This document shows positions 1 to 9,881 of a stretch of 64,000 nt of DNA, in pieces. The stretch spans positions 24,552,001 to 24,616,000 of the forward strand of contig JBHGNT010000002.1 in assembly GCA_043228905.1 (NCBI GenBank). The letters are read 5' to 3'. Within the stretch, counting starts at the first letter, position 1. Each line of letters begins with the position of its first letter. Below the pieces are notes generated by a model. It was not told where the DNA came from. It saw only the letters and a list, made by a program, of their open reading frames with translations, and did not search any database. Source of the DNA: Azolla caroliniana (lineage: Eukaryota; Plantae; Polypodiophyta). The position numbers and the translations under genes were made by a program.

Positions 1-2
1 AC

Positions 3-2974
3 AAACCAATTGAGTGGCAGAAGCTGGACAGAATCGTCCGCGCCACGATTCGGATGCACCTATCGGAATCGGTATACTTTACGGTGCAATCGTGTACGAC
101 AGCATTCGAACTGTGGAAAACACTGTCGGACACTTACGAAAAGAAGGTCGCTGCAACAAAGATGTTTCTGATCCGGCGCCTCTACAACTTGCGGATGAAA
201 GAATCAGATTCGGTTCAAGCACATCTCAATGAGTACGAAAGCATAAGCTCCCAAATCTCATCTCAGGGGACGGCAATAGAGGATGAACTCAGAGCAATGA
301 TACTCATGAGCAGCCTTCCCTCATCATGGGAAACTTTCGTCACAACCGTGTGCAACGCGTCAACCACGGTTGTTAAATACTCCGAAGTCACGAGCGCAAT
401 CCTGACCGAAGCAGCTCGGAGAAAGTCTTTCGCCAAAGACTCAACAGACGACGCTTATGTAGTACAAGGTTCGACAGACCGATCGAACATACGAGGAAGA
501 GATTCCTCACGGCAGCCGAACAATCAGCGAAGACGGAGCCAGTCACGGGATAATCGAATCTGCAACTATTGCAAGAAACCCGGACACATCAAAGCCGACT
601 GCCGCGCACTCAAGAACAAGAACGACAAGTCTCAGAAATCAGACAAGAAGAGTGGCCGGCATGAGGAGATCAATTACGTCAGCTCCTCAGCTGATGTGTT
701 ACCAAACGACCCGAATATACTATCAATCGAAAATCCAGTCGGATCAGAAGTTCTGCTCACGACTGAAGAATCGAGCACATGGCTCTTAGATTCGGGCGCG
801 TCATTTCACGTGACTCCTCATCGATCCCAATTTCGGCAATATACGATCCGTCACTCCGACTCAGTTCGAGTCGGCAACTCGCAACACTGTGACATCATTG
901 GAATCGGCACAGTAGAGCTCAACCTTGCAGGTGGCTCTACACTTGTACTTCACAATGTCCGACATGTACCCGAGCTCTCAAGGCCATTGATCTCAGTCGG
1001 ACAACTAGATGAAGACGGCATTCGTGCCGGTTTTTCTTCGGGAGGGTGGACACTCCACAGGGGGAACCTCCTGCTTGCCAGAGGACCCAAGATACACTCA
1101 TTGTATCCGTTACACGTTACGCTCAGAGAGGGTAACCTGTTTTTGGTGGATATTCCTGTGTCATCACTATGGCACAGAAGATTAGGACACCTCAGCAAGG
1201 CCGGCATTACGCACCTATCTAGAGCCGGATACATCCCTAAACTCTCCTTCTCGGACCATCAATTCTGCGAACATTGCCAGTATGGCAAACATGCAGCCGC
1301 ATCACACCCGAGATCAGCACCAAGAGAAACGAGACCTCTCGATTTAGTCCACTCGGACGTCTGTGGCCCAATGCCGCATCAGTCTCTCGGCGGTGCCTCT
1401 TACTTCGTCAGTTTTATTGACGATTCGACTCAAAAGGTGTGGGCTTATCCAATTCGCACCAAAGATCGTGTCTTCTCGATCTTCTCCGATTGGCTCGCTA
1501 TGGTAGAAAATCAAACTGACCGAAAACTGAAATGCCTTCGGACCGACAATGGGGGAGAGTTCAAATCAGAAGAATTCGTCAAATTCTGCCGACAACGCGG
1601 CATCCGACGTGAATTTACGGCACCACACAGTCCGGAGCAAAACAGGATTGCAGAACGCATGAATCGGACAATCCAAGAACGGATAGTTTCCATGCTCCAA
1701 CACTCCAGACTGTCGGATGGCTTCTGGGCAGAGGCTCTACTCACGGCAGTACACATAATCAATATGTCGCCAAGTAGACCTCTAGGACTTCAAATTCCTC
1801 AGGAACTATGGATCGGCAGTAAGCCGAATTACGACAAGCTGAGGATCTTCGGATGCGAGGCGTACGCCCTTATTCCGAAAGATGATCGCCGAAAACTTGC
1901 ACCTCGGTCCAGGAAATGCATTTTCCTTGGATATGGATCCGACGGCGAAATAGGATACCGACTCTGGGACCCCGAACGCAGACAAATCGTTCGAAGTTCG
2001 GATGTTGTGTTCAACGAGTCGGCTATGAATCCATCAGTCGAAACACCGATCGAAGTCCGAAGGGTAACATTTTCCGATGTGCCGACCCTTCAAGAAGGCC
2101 CCGCTCTTAACACACGGTCAGCTTCACGGGTAGCTGAACCTTACACTACCGACTCGGACAACTCTGACTCGGCACAGCCGAATGATTCGCTTTCGGACCA
2201 TCCGACCTCAATACCCGATGCGACCAGTCCAATCATACCTCGACGATCCGAGAGACTGTCGCAACCTCCGGAGAGGTATTCTCCTGGAATTTTCTTCACC
2301 GACGCCGGCGAACCGACGTCTTACGAAGAAGCATCGACATCTGTCGATTCAGCCACCTGGCATCTGGCGATGGAGTCGGAAATGCACTCCATTCGGGTAA
2401 ACAAGACTTGGGATCTGGTCGAATTACCTAAGAATCGACGTGCTCTTCCTTGCAAGTGGGTTTATCGACTAAAAGAGACGTCTGATTCGACCACCCCAAA
2501 GTACAAGGCCAGATTAGTTGCAAAGGGCTTCCGACAAGAATATGGCGTCGACTTCGACGAGATTTTTTCACCAGTGGTGAAAATGACAACCCTTCGTTTT
2601 CTACTCGGCGTAGTGGCAGCCGACAACTTGGAGCTGATTCAGCTAGATGTCAAAACAGCCTTCCTCCATGGTGATCTTGAAGAGGAAATTTATATGGAGC
2701 AGCCAAAAGGCTTCGTGGCAACTGGCCAAGAACATCTAGTCTGCCGACTCAGGAAGAGTCTATACGGCCTCAAACAGGCACCGCGACAATGGTACAAGAA
2801 GTTCGACGACTTCATCCAATCGATCGGCTTCTCAAAAAGCGATGAGGACCATTGTCTTTTTACCAACACAGCTCAAGATGGATCACCCATCTTCCTCATC
2901 ATTTACGTGGACGACATGCTAATTTCTGGACGCCACGCAGGCGAACTTGCCGATCTCATTCGGCAACTGCGGTT
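3..2974 (+). CDS. Copia Gag-Pol polyprotein, 5' part (Gag, zinc knuckle, protease, integrase, most of RT); frame open from window edge
   Basis: CNYCKKPGHIKADC knuckle; WLLDSGAS protease; LWHRRLGH..CEHC and VHSDVCGP/RTDNGGEF/IAERMN integrase; YKARLVAKG, LYGLKQAPRQWY, YVDDML RT. Confidence 0.96.
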
Positions 2975-3118
2975 TGTCAGGAATCAGTAGTAAGACGGAG
3001 ACGGAATTAGTACTAAACGAAGGATTAGTACTACAGAGAAGGGATTAGTACTAAACGAAGGATTAGTACTATGAGGGGTGTAGAACTTCTTGAGAGAGAA
3101 GGAAGAAGTGAGCGAGAC

Positions 3119-3150
<32 letters not shown>

Positions 3151-3443
3151 TAATGATGAGAGAAATATATGTATTACGTGAAGAGAATGTACAACTGTGG
3201 CTAGAAGGCTTAAGACTGGCGTTGAACCAATTTGGTTCAACATAACGCCTAGTGCCCTCTTTTATAGTATTTCTAAGAGTAATCCTGAAGCTTCTAGAAT
3301 GTTCCAGAGAAATCTGGAATATACATCAATTTCTAAAATAAAACATAAATGAAAATAATATCCTACAACTTATAATGTATAGTCTAATGGTAAGACCTCG
3401 ACCCATGTAGCATAAGGTCATGGGTTCGAGTCTTGCCATGACA
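2975..3443 (-). repeat. Gypsy 3' LTR
   Basis: Direct repeat of 8302-8770, same length, termini TGTCA..TGACA. Confidence 0.97.
3373..3443 (+). promoter_or_regulatory. tRNA-like Pol III internal promoter at the LTR terminus (second copy 8700-8770)
   Basis: A box TAGTCTAATGG with D-stem GTCT/AGAC, AGGTC variable loop, B box GGTTCGAGTC at canonical tRNA spacing; acceptor and anticodon stems do not pair. Confidence 0.6.
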
Positions 3444-3454
3444 CTATCCCCCCC
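3444..3454 (-). other. Gypsy polypurine tract
   Basis: Minus strand GGGGGGGATAG between the pol stop codon and the 3' LTR. Confidence 0.9.
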
Positions 3455-6400
3455 TTAAAAACGACGAGTGTCACGAGTCGTTTTGGATTGAGGACCCGGT
3501 TTGTGTGGATATCGACGATGGAAGTCTTCGAGAAGAGCACGAGCATTGGTCACATTCTCGATCGGCTCCCAAGTACGCTCGCTGGGACTATATCCTAGCC
3601 AATCGACTAGATAGTAGAGCTTGTTGCGAGTAATCTTGGAATCAAGGATGGCGGCAACCTCGTACTCAGGTCCATCTTCAAGCTCGATCGGGGGTGGAGG
3701 TGGTGGAATACGGCCTGGAATGGTGCTTTCGCGATAGGGTTCGAGGAGAGAACTATGGAACACCGGATGAATCCGAAGGTGCGGAGGGAGTTCGAGCCGA
3801 AAAGCAACATCATTAATCTTCCCGATAATACGGAAAGGACCTAACCGCCGATAGTCCAACTTCTCACATGGGCGAGTAGTCTTGACGTGTCGTCGAAGCA
3901 GCCATACCCGATCGCCAATGTCAAAACTGGATGGAAGTCGATGACGATCCGCATAAACCTTGTGTGCTTGTTGAGCTTGCTGGAGCTGAGTAGATAGATC
4001 CGCTTGTATCTTGTGTAATCGCTCCAAACGATCCTCTGCGCAAGGATTCGTGGGCAATTCTGGGGTTTCAACTACACACCATCGGGGATGACAACCTGTG
4101 TAAGCATAAAATGGGGTAACCTTTGTTGAGGAGTGGACGGAGTTGTTATATGCAAACTCGGCGAAATGGAGAATATCTGCCCAATCATCTTGATGGTAAC
4201 TTAGAAAACACCGAAGATACTGCTCCAACGTTTGATTTGTTCGTTCTGCCTGGCCGTCTGTTTGCGGGTGGTAGCCGGAGGAAAGGTTACAAGTCACTTG
4301 AAGCATTTTAAAGAAGTGCTTCCAAAACTTCGAAACGAATTGGGGTCCACGATCGCTGATGATGCTATCAGGGAGGCCGTGATGCCGACATACTTCGCGC
4401 ATAACAATCTCGGCGGTTCCTTCACTGGATATTTCTTTAGTACATGGTAGGAAATGAGCCATCTTCGTATAGCGATCTACGACTGTTAAGATCGCATCGA
4501 ATCCCTTAGACATCGGGAGGTCCGTGATGAAATCTAGAGCAATGGATTGCCACGGCTTACTCGGAATTGGTAATGGTTCTAACAAACCATATGGATGATG
4601 CCTTGGCATTTTTGCCCTGCAACATGTATCACAAGTCCGAACAAAATCTTCGACAAATTGTCGCATGTGGGGCCACCAGAATGAGCGTTGTACTAAATCT
4701 AATGTTTTAGTACTACCAAAATGCCCAGCAGTATATGTATCATGACAGCTTTGGACTACTTGAAGGCGACCAGTACCATTAGGAACATACAAGAGTGTCT
4801 TAAAAAATAGTAATCCATCATGGTATTGGAATTGCCGATAATCCGTACCTGGTTGTTGCGATTCCGAACAAGATGCTTGAGAGGGATCAATTTGTTTTAG
4901 AATGGCTTGGGCGAATGCATCCGTCTTCAAGTCCTCCCGTATGGTATCGATAACGCGAGAATCCATGGGCATGTCGAAGATCTGTGCTGCTTGTAGTCGT
5001 GCCGGTCCCAAGATGACTTGCTTTTGGTTATCGAAGGCTGGCTCGCCGGGACGCGGTGCTAGATATGAACGTCGTGATAATGCATCCGCCTTCCCTTGGT
5101 GCTTCCCCGGTCGATAAGTAATTTTGAAGTCGAAACGTGTGAGGAAGTGGGCCCACCGGGCTTGACGTCGATTCAGCACACGAGCATCCTGAAAGTAGGC
5201 AAGGTTCTTGTGGTCACTGAATACAGTGACTGGGTGAGGGGATCCCTCTAGGAAATGCCTCCATTGCATAAATGAATCCACTATTGCCAAGAGTTCCTTA
5301 TCATGTATCTCGTAGTTGATTTCGGCGGCGTCAAACTTTCGTGAATGAAAAGCCACAGGATGTAGCTTCTCGTCATTACCATGTTGTGACAGAATGCTCC
5401 CCAATGCGAAATCCGATGCGTCAGCTTCGATAATGAATGGTTTTTCTGGATCGACATGACCCAGAATTGGAGCTGATGTAAACGCCTTTTTCAGATTCTC
5501 GAAAGCCAAGTCTGTTTCTTCAGACCAAATGAACGCTTGCCCCTTTCTGGTAAGCTGTGTGAGAGGCAGAACGATCCTTGAGTAATCTTGTATGAACTTC
5601 CGGTAAAAATTGGCAAAGCCTAGAAAACACTGCACATCCCGCACCGAACGCGGAGTCTGCCAATCCACCACCGTTTTGACTTTAGCTGGGTCCATGGAGA
5701 TGCCTTCTGAGGAGATGACATAGCCGAGAAATTCCACCTGGTTGCACCCGAAACTACATTTTTCTAGTTTTGCATACAGACCATGTTCTCGAAGTCGTTT
5801 TAGTACTGATAGTACATGAGAATCATGCTCTTCCTGGGTCTTCGAATAAACCAATAGATCATCCAAGTAGATGATCAAAAAATTATCCAACAGGTCTCGG
5901 AATATATCGTTTGCCATGTGCTGGAAGACTGCCGGCGCATTAGTGAGACCGAACGGCATGACTGTATACTCGAAGTGCCCGTATCTAGTACGAAACGCCG
6001 TCTTCCATTCGTCTCCTGGTCGAATTCGTACGAGGTTATATGCTCCTCGTAAGTCGATCTTCGTGAAGAACCTGGCACCATTGATCCGTTCTAAAAGACT
6101 TGAGATAAGGGGCAGTGCATACCTATTCCTGATGGTGACTTTATTTAAGCCACGATAGTCGACAACAAGGCGAAGAGATCCGTCCTTCTTCTTGACGAAG
6201 AAAATAGGTGCGCCTGCGGGAGATTTTGAATGCCGAATGAAACCATTAGCCAAATTCTCCTCTATGTAGGCTCGAAGGACTTCTAGCTCCGTAGGTGACA
6301 AATTGTAGATTGGCCCCCATGGCGGCTCCTTTCCTGGTTGTAGATCGATGGGGCAATCGTACGGTCGATGATGAGGAAGTGTGTTGGCTTGTATTTTATC

Positions 6401-7033
6401 GAACACATCAGCATACTGACGATACTTCTCGGGAAGTTGAACGATGGACTCCTCTTTGGTGGTGCTGGAGGGTTGTACTGATATTGCGAAGAGAAACATG
6501 TCCTCCTTGTGCCCTTCCTCACGCAACTGATGTAGTGAAATGGTTGCAATCTTCTGGGTAGATCCTTGGGTTTGTCGAAACTGAATTTTCCTTGTCCTCC
6601 AATCTATGTCTGGGTTATGTAACTCAAACCATGGTAATCCTAAAACTATGGGATGTTCTGGAATACTAATTATATTAAATGATATTACACATGCTAGATT
6701 ATCTAGGACAACATTAACGGGCTCTGATTCTTCTATGATATTTCCGGAAGCAATGGGACGACCATCAATGACTACTACGGAGGCTGGACACGAGAGTTTT
6801 CTAAGAGATATCTGATGAGCTTGGGCAAAATTCTTATCCATAAAGCAAGAGTTTGCTCCGGAATCTAGGAGTGCTAAGACATGTACTGGAGGGGTACTTT
6901 TAGTACTAACGGCTACTTGGGCTACGAACACATTGCTAACTTGCTTAGAGGAAATGGAACCACTAGTGGGCTGCACAGATCTAGGGCTGTCCAACCAAAC
7001 GGCTCCTATTTTGGCTGGACTTAGTCGTTTAAC
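3455..7033 (-). CDS. Gypsy Pol (PR-RT-RH-IN-chromodomain), in the -1 frame relative to gag
   Basis: LLDSGA protease; YLDDLL RT; EADASD/DHKNL RNase H; H..GH..C..C, IISDRG, GQAERTN integrase; GPF(GPY/F) motif; EYEVAAILD..YLVDWLGY..TWEP chromodomain; no ATG at ORF start. Confidence 0.95.
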   Translation of the reverse strand, partial: VKRLSPAKIGAVWLDSPRSVQPTSGSISSKQVSNVFVAQVAVSTKSTPPVHVLALLDSGANSCFMDKNFAQAHQISLRKLSCPASVVVIDGRPIASGNIIEESEPVNVVLDNLACVISFNIISIPEHPIVLGLPWFELHNPDIDWRTRKIQFRQTQGSTQKIATISLHQLREEGHKEDMFLFAISVQPSSTTKEESIVQLPEKYRQYADVFDKIQANTLPHHRPYDCPIDLQPGKEPPWGPIYNLSPTELEVLRAYIEENLANGFIRHSKSPAGAPIFFVKKKDGSLRLVVDYRGLNKVTIRNRYALPLISSLLERINGARFFTKIDLRGAYNLVRIRPGDEWKTAFRTRYGHFEYTVMPFGLTNAPAVFQHMANDIFRDLLDNFLIIYLDDLLVYSKTQEEHDSHVLSVLKRLREHGLYAKLEKCSFGCNQVEFLGYVISSEGISMDPAKVKTVVDWQTPRSVRDVQCFLGFANFYRKFIQDYSRIVLPLTQLTRKGQAFIWSEETDLAFENLKKAFTSAPILGHVDPEKPFIIEADASDFALGSILSQHGNDEKLHPVAFHSRKFDAAEINYEIHDKELLAIVDSFMQWRHFLEGSPHPVTVFSDHKNLAYFQDARVLNRRQARWAHFLTRFDFKITYRPGKHQGKADALSRRSYLAPRPGEPAFDNQKQVILGPARLQAAQIFDMPMDSRVIDTIREDLKTDAFAQAILKQIDPSQASCSESQQPGTDYRQFQYHDGLLFFKTLLYVPNGTGRLQVVQSCHDTYTAGHFGSTKTLDLVQRSFWWPHMRQFVEDFVRTCDTCCRAKMPRHHPYGLLEPLPIPSKPWQSIALDFITDLPMSKGFDAILTVVDRYTKMAHFLPCTKEISSEGTAEIVMREVCRHHGLPDSIISDRGPQFVSKFWKHFFKMLQVTCNLSSGYHPQTDGQAERTNQTLEQYLRCFLSYHQDDWADILHFAEFAYNNSVHSSTKVTPFYAYTGCHPRWCVVETPELPTNPCAEDRLERLHKIQADLSTQLQQAQQAHKVYADRHRLPSSFDIGDRVWLLRRHVKTTRPCEKLDYRRLGPFRIIGKINDVAFRLELPPHLRIHPVFHSSLLEPYRESTIPGRIPPPPPPIELEDGPEYEVAAILDSKITRNKLYYLVDWLGYSPSERTWEPIENVTNARALLEDFHRRYPHKPGPQSKTTRDTRRF
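6981..7033 (-). promoter_or_regulatory. Putative -1 ribosomal frameshift signal (slippery heptamer plus stem-loop or pseudoknot)
   Basis: G TTA AAC at 7033-7027, 6-nt spacer, 11-bp stem GTCCAGCCAAA/TTTGGTTGGAC; -1 frame is open into pol. Confidence 0.75.
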
Positions 7034-8220
7034 TCTTCTTCTAACTGACTAAGGACATCAAATTTGTTTGCTAGGTTCGGACTGTAAGTACTATTAGGAC
7101 TATCATGCACACCTAGGGAAATAGACTCGGTTTTAGTACTGTTAAAACTATCATGCGTAGCTAAGGCAATAGACTCAGGTTTAGTACTATTAGTACTAGC
7201 AGTAATTTGGTTTACCTGCCTTTTTGGCCTATGGGGACAATTTATTGCAATGTGTCCTGGTCCACCGCAGTAAAGACATAGTCGATTTGTACGACGTCGC
7301 TGCTTTTCCTCTTCGGATAATGGCCCTCGACGACGTGTTGTGTCAATCTCCATCGGAGTCGGAGTATTCGCTGGAGGTGCAAGGTATGACTCCCTCGGAA
7401 AAGGTCTTAATGTCACTGAGGCGTAGGTGGGCTCCGATCTTGCCCTCGGCATCTGTAGTTGTCGTTCCGAACGACGCTCAAATAGACGGTTGTCGCATCT
7501 TACCGCGCGACTAATTGCTTCTGTTAAGGACTTCGGCTCTTCGGGGAAGGTCAAGAGTAAATCCTTGACATCGTTGCGTAAACCGTAACGGAATTGCTCC
7601 ATTAACGCTTGATCATCCCAAGGAATATCGGCGGCGAGTAGGCGAAAATCTGCAGCGTATGCGGAGGCTGGACGATCACCTTGACGTAATCGCCGAATTT
7701 TGTTGATTGCGGTTCTGATGCTGTCAGTATCTCCGAAACATGCTTTAAACTCACCGATAAATTCTTCAAAATTATTGAGCAACGGGGATTCCTTTTCTAA
7801 TAGGGGAGCGAACCACGCCAACGCTGAGCCACTTAATAAAGTTCCTACTAAACCCACTCGTGATGCATCGGTGGGATATCGACAAGGATGCATTTGAATA
7901 ACTAGTCGTACCTGATTAAGGAACCCTCTAAACTGCGATCGCGTTCCATCAAACTTCGTGGGAAGGCCAATCTTGGGTTCTTTATGAGTTCCTTGTGTTG
8001 CGGGCCCGTGTTGTTGCATCGCCACGATGGTTGCTTCGAGTTGTTGTACGCGTAACGCAAGTTCCCCATGCTGTTGCTGCGTTTGCTGTTTTTCTAAGGA
8101 GATTTGTTGAAGATCCCCCAGCAACCGTTGGTTTTCTTGTTCCAAAGCATGAAATTTCTCCTTCAAACATTGAAATTCCGAAAAAACGGATTGATATTCT
8201 TCAGCGCTAACAGTGGCCAT
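7021..8220 (-). CDS. Gypsy Gag (coiled coil, capsid, CCHC knuckle)
   Basis: EPKIGLPTKFDG..ALAWF, LRQG, TPMEID, CLYCGGPGHIAINC; resembles sushi/PEG10/Tcn1-type Gag. Confidence 0.93.
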   Translation of the reverse strand: MATVSAEEYQSVFSEFQCLKEKFHALEQENQRLLGDLQQISLEKQQTQQQHGELALRVQQLEATIVAMQQHGPATQGTHKEPKIGLPTKFDGTRSQFRGFLNQVRLVIQMHPCRYPTDASRVGLVGTLLSGSALAWFAPLLEKESPLLNNFEEFIGEFKACFGDTDSIRTAINKIRRLRQGDRPASAYAADFRLLAADIPWDDQALMEQFRYGLRNDVKDLLLTFPEEPKSLTEAISRAVRCDNRLFERRSERQLQMPRARSEPTYASVTLRPFPRESYLAPPANTPTPMEIDTTRRRGPLSEEEKQRRRTNRLCLYCGGPGHIAINCPHRPKRQVNQITASTNSTKPESIALATHDSFNSTKTESISLGVHDSPNSTYSPNLANKFDVLSQLEEELND

Positions 8221-8287
8221 GGGATGAAAGAGAAGAGGAATTAAGAGACTAGTAGGAAAGGGGAGAGATAAGAGGGAGAGGAAGGGA

Positions 8288-8299
8288 AAATTGGTTCAA
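8288..8299 (-). other. Non-tRNA primer-binding site (self-priming type)
   Basis: TTGAACCAATTT 2 nt downstream of the 5' LTR; exact complement AAATTGGTTCAA at 8560-8549, 33 nt after the TATA start. Confidence 0.8.
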
Positions 8300-8301
8300 A
8301 C

Positions 8302-8445
8302 TGTCAGGAATCAGTAGTAAGACGGAGACGGAATTAGTACTAAACGAAGGATTAGTACTACAGAGAAGGGATTAGTACTAAACGAAGGATTAGTACTATG
8401 AGGGGTGTAGAACTTCTTGAGAGAGAAGGAAGAAGTGAGCGAGAC

Positions 8446-8477
<32 letters not shown>

Positions 8478-8770
8478 TAATGATGAGAGAAATATATGTA
8501 TTACGTGAAGAGAATGTACAACTGTGGCTAGAAGGCTTAAGACTGGCGTTGAACCAATTTGGTTCAACATAACGCCTAGTGCCCTCTTTTATAGTATTTC
8601 TAAGAGTAATCCTGAAGCTTCTAGAATGTTCCAGAGAAATCTGGAATATACATCAATTTCTAAAATAAAACATAAATGAAAATAATATCCTACAACTTAT
8701 AATGTATAGTCTAATGGTAAGACCTCGACCCATGTAGCATAAGGTCATGGGTTCGAGTCTTGCCATGACA
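8302..8770 (-). repeat. Gypsy 5' LTR
   Basis: Direct repeat of 2975-3443; TATAAAA on minus strand at 8593-8587. Confidence 0.97.
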
Positions 8771-8775
8771 CGGTT

Positions 8776-9688
8776 GAAGTTTGCCATGAAGGACCTCGGT
8801 CCGGCACGACACATACTTGGCATGAAGATTAGTCGGCATCGCGATAAACGACATCTTTTTCTGTCTCAGACCGACTATATCGGACGTGTCTTGGAACGCT
8901 TCAACATGCAATCAGCCAAATCTGCTTCAACCCCGCTCCCCATGAATCTTCGGCTCTCTCAGCGAGACTGCCCGACATCCGGTCCGGAGGGGGAAGATAT
9001 GAAGTCGGTACCGTATGCACCGGCAGTCGGCTCCCTTATGTACCTAATGGTCGCGACACGGCCTGATATCTCTCATGCCGTAGGAGTCGTTAGCAGATTT
9101 ATGCACAATCCTGGCCGATCGCATTGGAACGCAGTCAAGCATGTGTTCAAATATCTGGCTGGCACAAAAGACCACGGCATTCTTTTCGGTCCGAACTCAA
9201 CCTCAGGCGTAGTCGGTTACACCGACTCGGACTTCGCCGGCTGTATAGACAGTCGGAAATCAACAACCGGATACTGCTTCAAATTCGGCAATGGAGCAAT
9301 TTCGTGGAAGTCGAAACTTCAGGAGTGCACAACGACCTCAACGACCGAAGCAGAATATGTAGCTGCGTCCGACGCTGCAAAAGAAGCTTTGTGGCTTGGC
9401 CGGCTGGCGCACACGTTTCGGCAAGTCGACCATGACTCGGCTCCAGTTGTCTATAGCGACAGTCAAGGTGTTGTTGCCTTGTCGAGAAATCCGGTTCACC
9501 ACAACGCCTCCAAACATATCGACGTTCGATATCACTTCGTTCGGGACTGCGTCATTTCAGGGAAAATCGGTCTAGAGAAAATATCCACAACCGACAATGT
9601 CGCAGATGGAATGACCAAGTGTCTCTCGGCAGACCGCTTTCGGTCCCTTCGGCATCAGATGGGCGTAACGACAAACCAGTCCGGTTAG
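8776..9688 (+). CDS. Copia Pol, 3' part (RT C-terminus and RNase H)
   Basis: FAMKDLG, PYAPAVGSLMYLM..TRPDI, YTDSDFAG, TEAEY, KHIDVRYHF, ADGMTK; stop at 9688. The ORF-track start at 8747 lies in the gypsy LTR and is artefactual. Confidence 0.95.
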
Positions 9689-9870
9689 AGCCGGACACAG
9701 CGCAGGATGGTTTCAGACAACCGACATCAGTTCCTTAATGATCGGCTTCAACTCTTCCGACCCGACCAGTCCGGTCTTCTGCCTTCGGATCCTGCCGACT
9801 CGAACAAAACTGATATGTCCGAGAACCTAGGTTTATACCTGTAATCTTAGATAACCCATGTATACGCCCA

Positions 9871-9881
9871 TTACGGGGGAG
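9871..9881 (+). other. Copia polypurine tract
   Basis: ttacGGGGGAG directly before the TGTCGAAT LTR start. Confidence 0.8.

Larger units (their letters stand above)
2975..8770 (-). mobile_element. Full-length Ty3/gypsy chromovirus (Tcn1/sushi-like)
   Basis: Two 469-bp TG..CA LTRs, 5-bp TSD CGGTT (2970-2974, 8771-8775), intact gag and pol with chromodomain, PPT 3444-3454. Confidence 0.97.

Noticed and set aside
3031-3243. Identical 70-aa ORFs in both gypsy LTRs (also 8358-8570)
   Set aside because: Non-ATG start, runs through a (CT)n tract, duplicated only because the LTR is
3373-3443. Functional tRNA gene
   Set aside because: Acceptor and anticodon stems do not pair and position 33 is not T; retained only as a tRNA-like promoter
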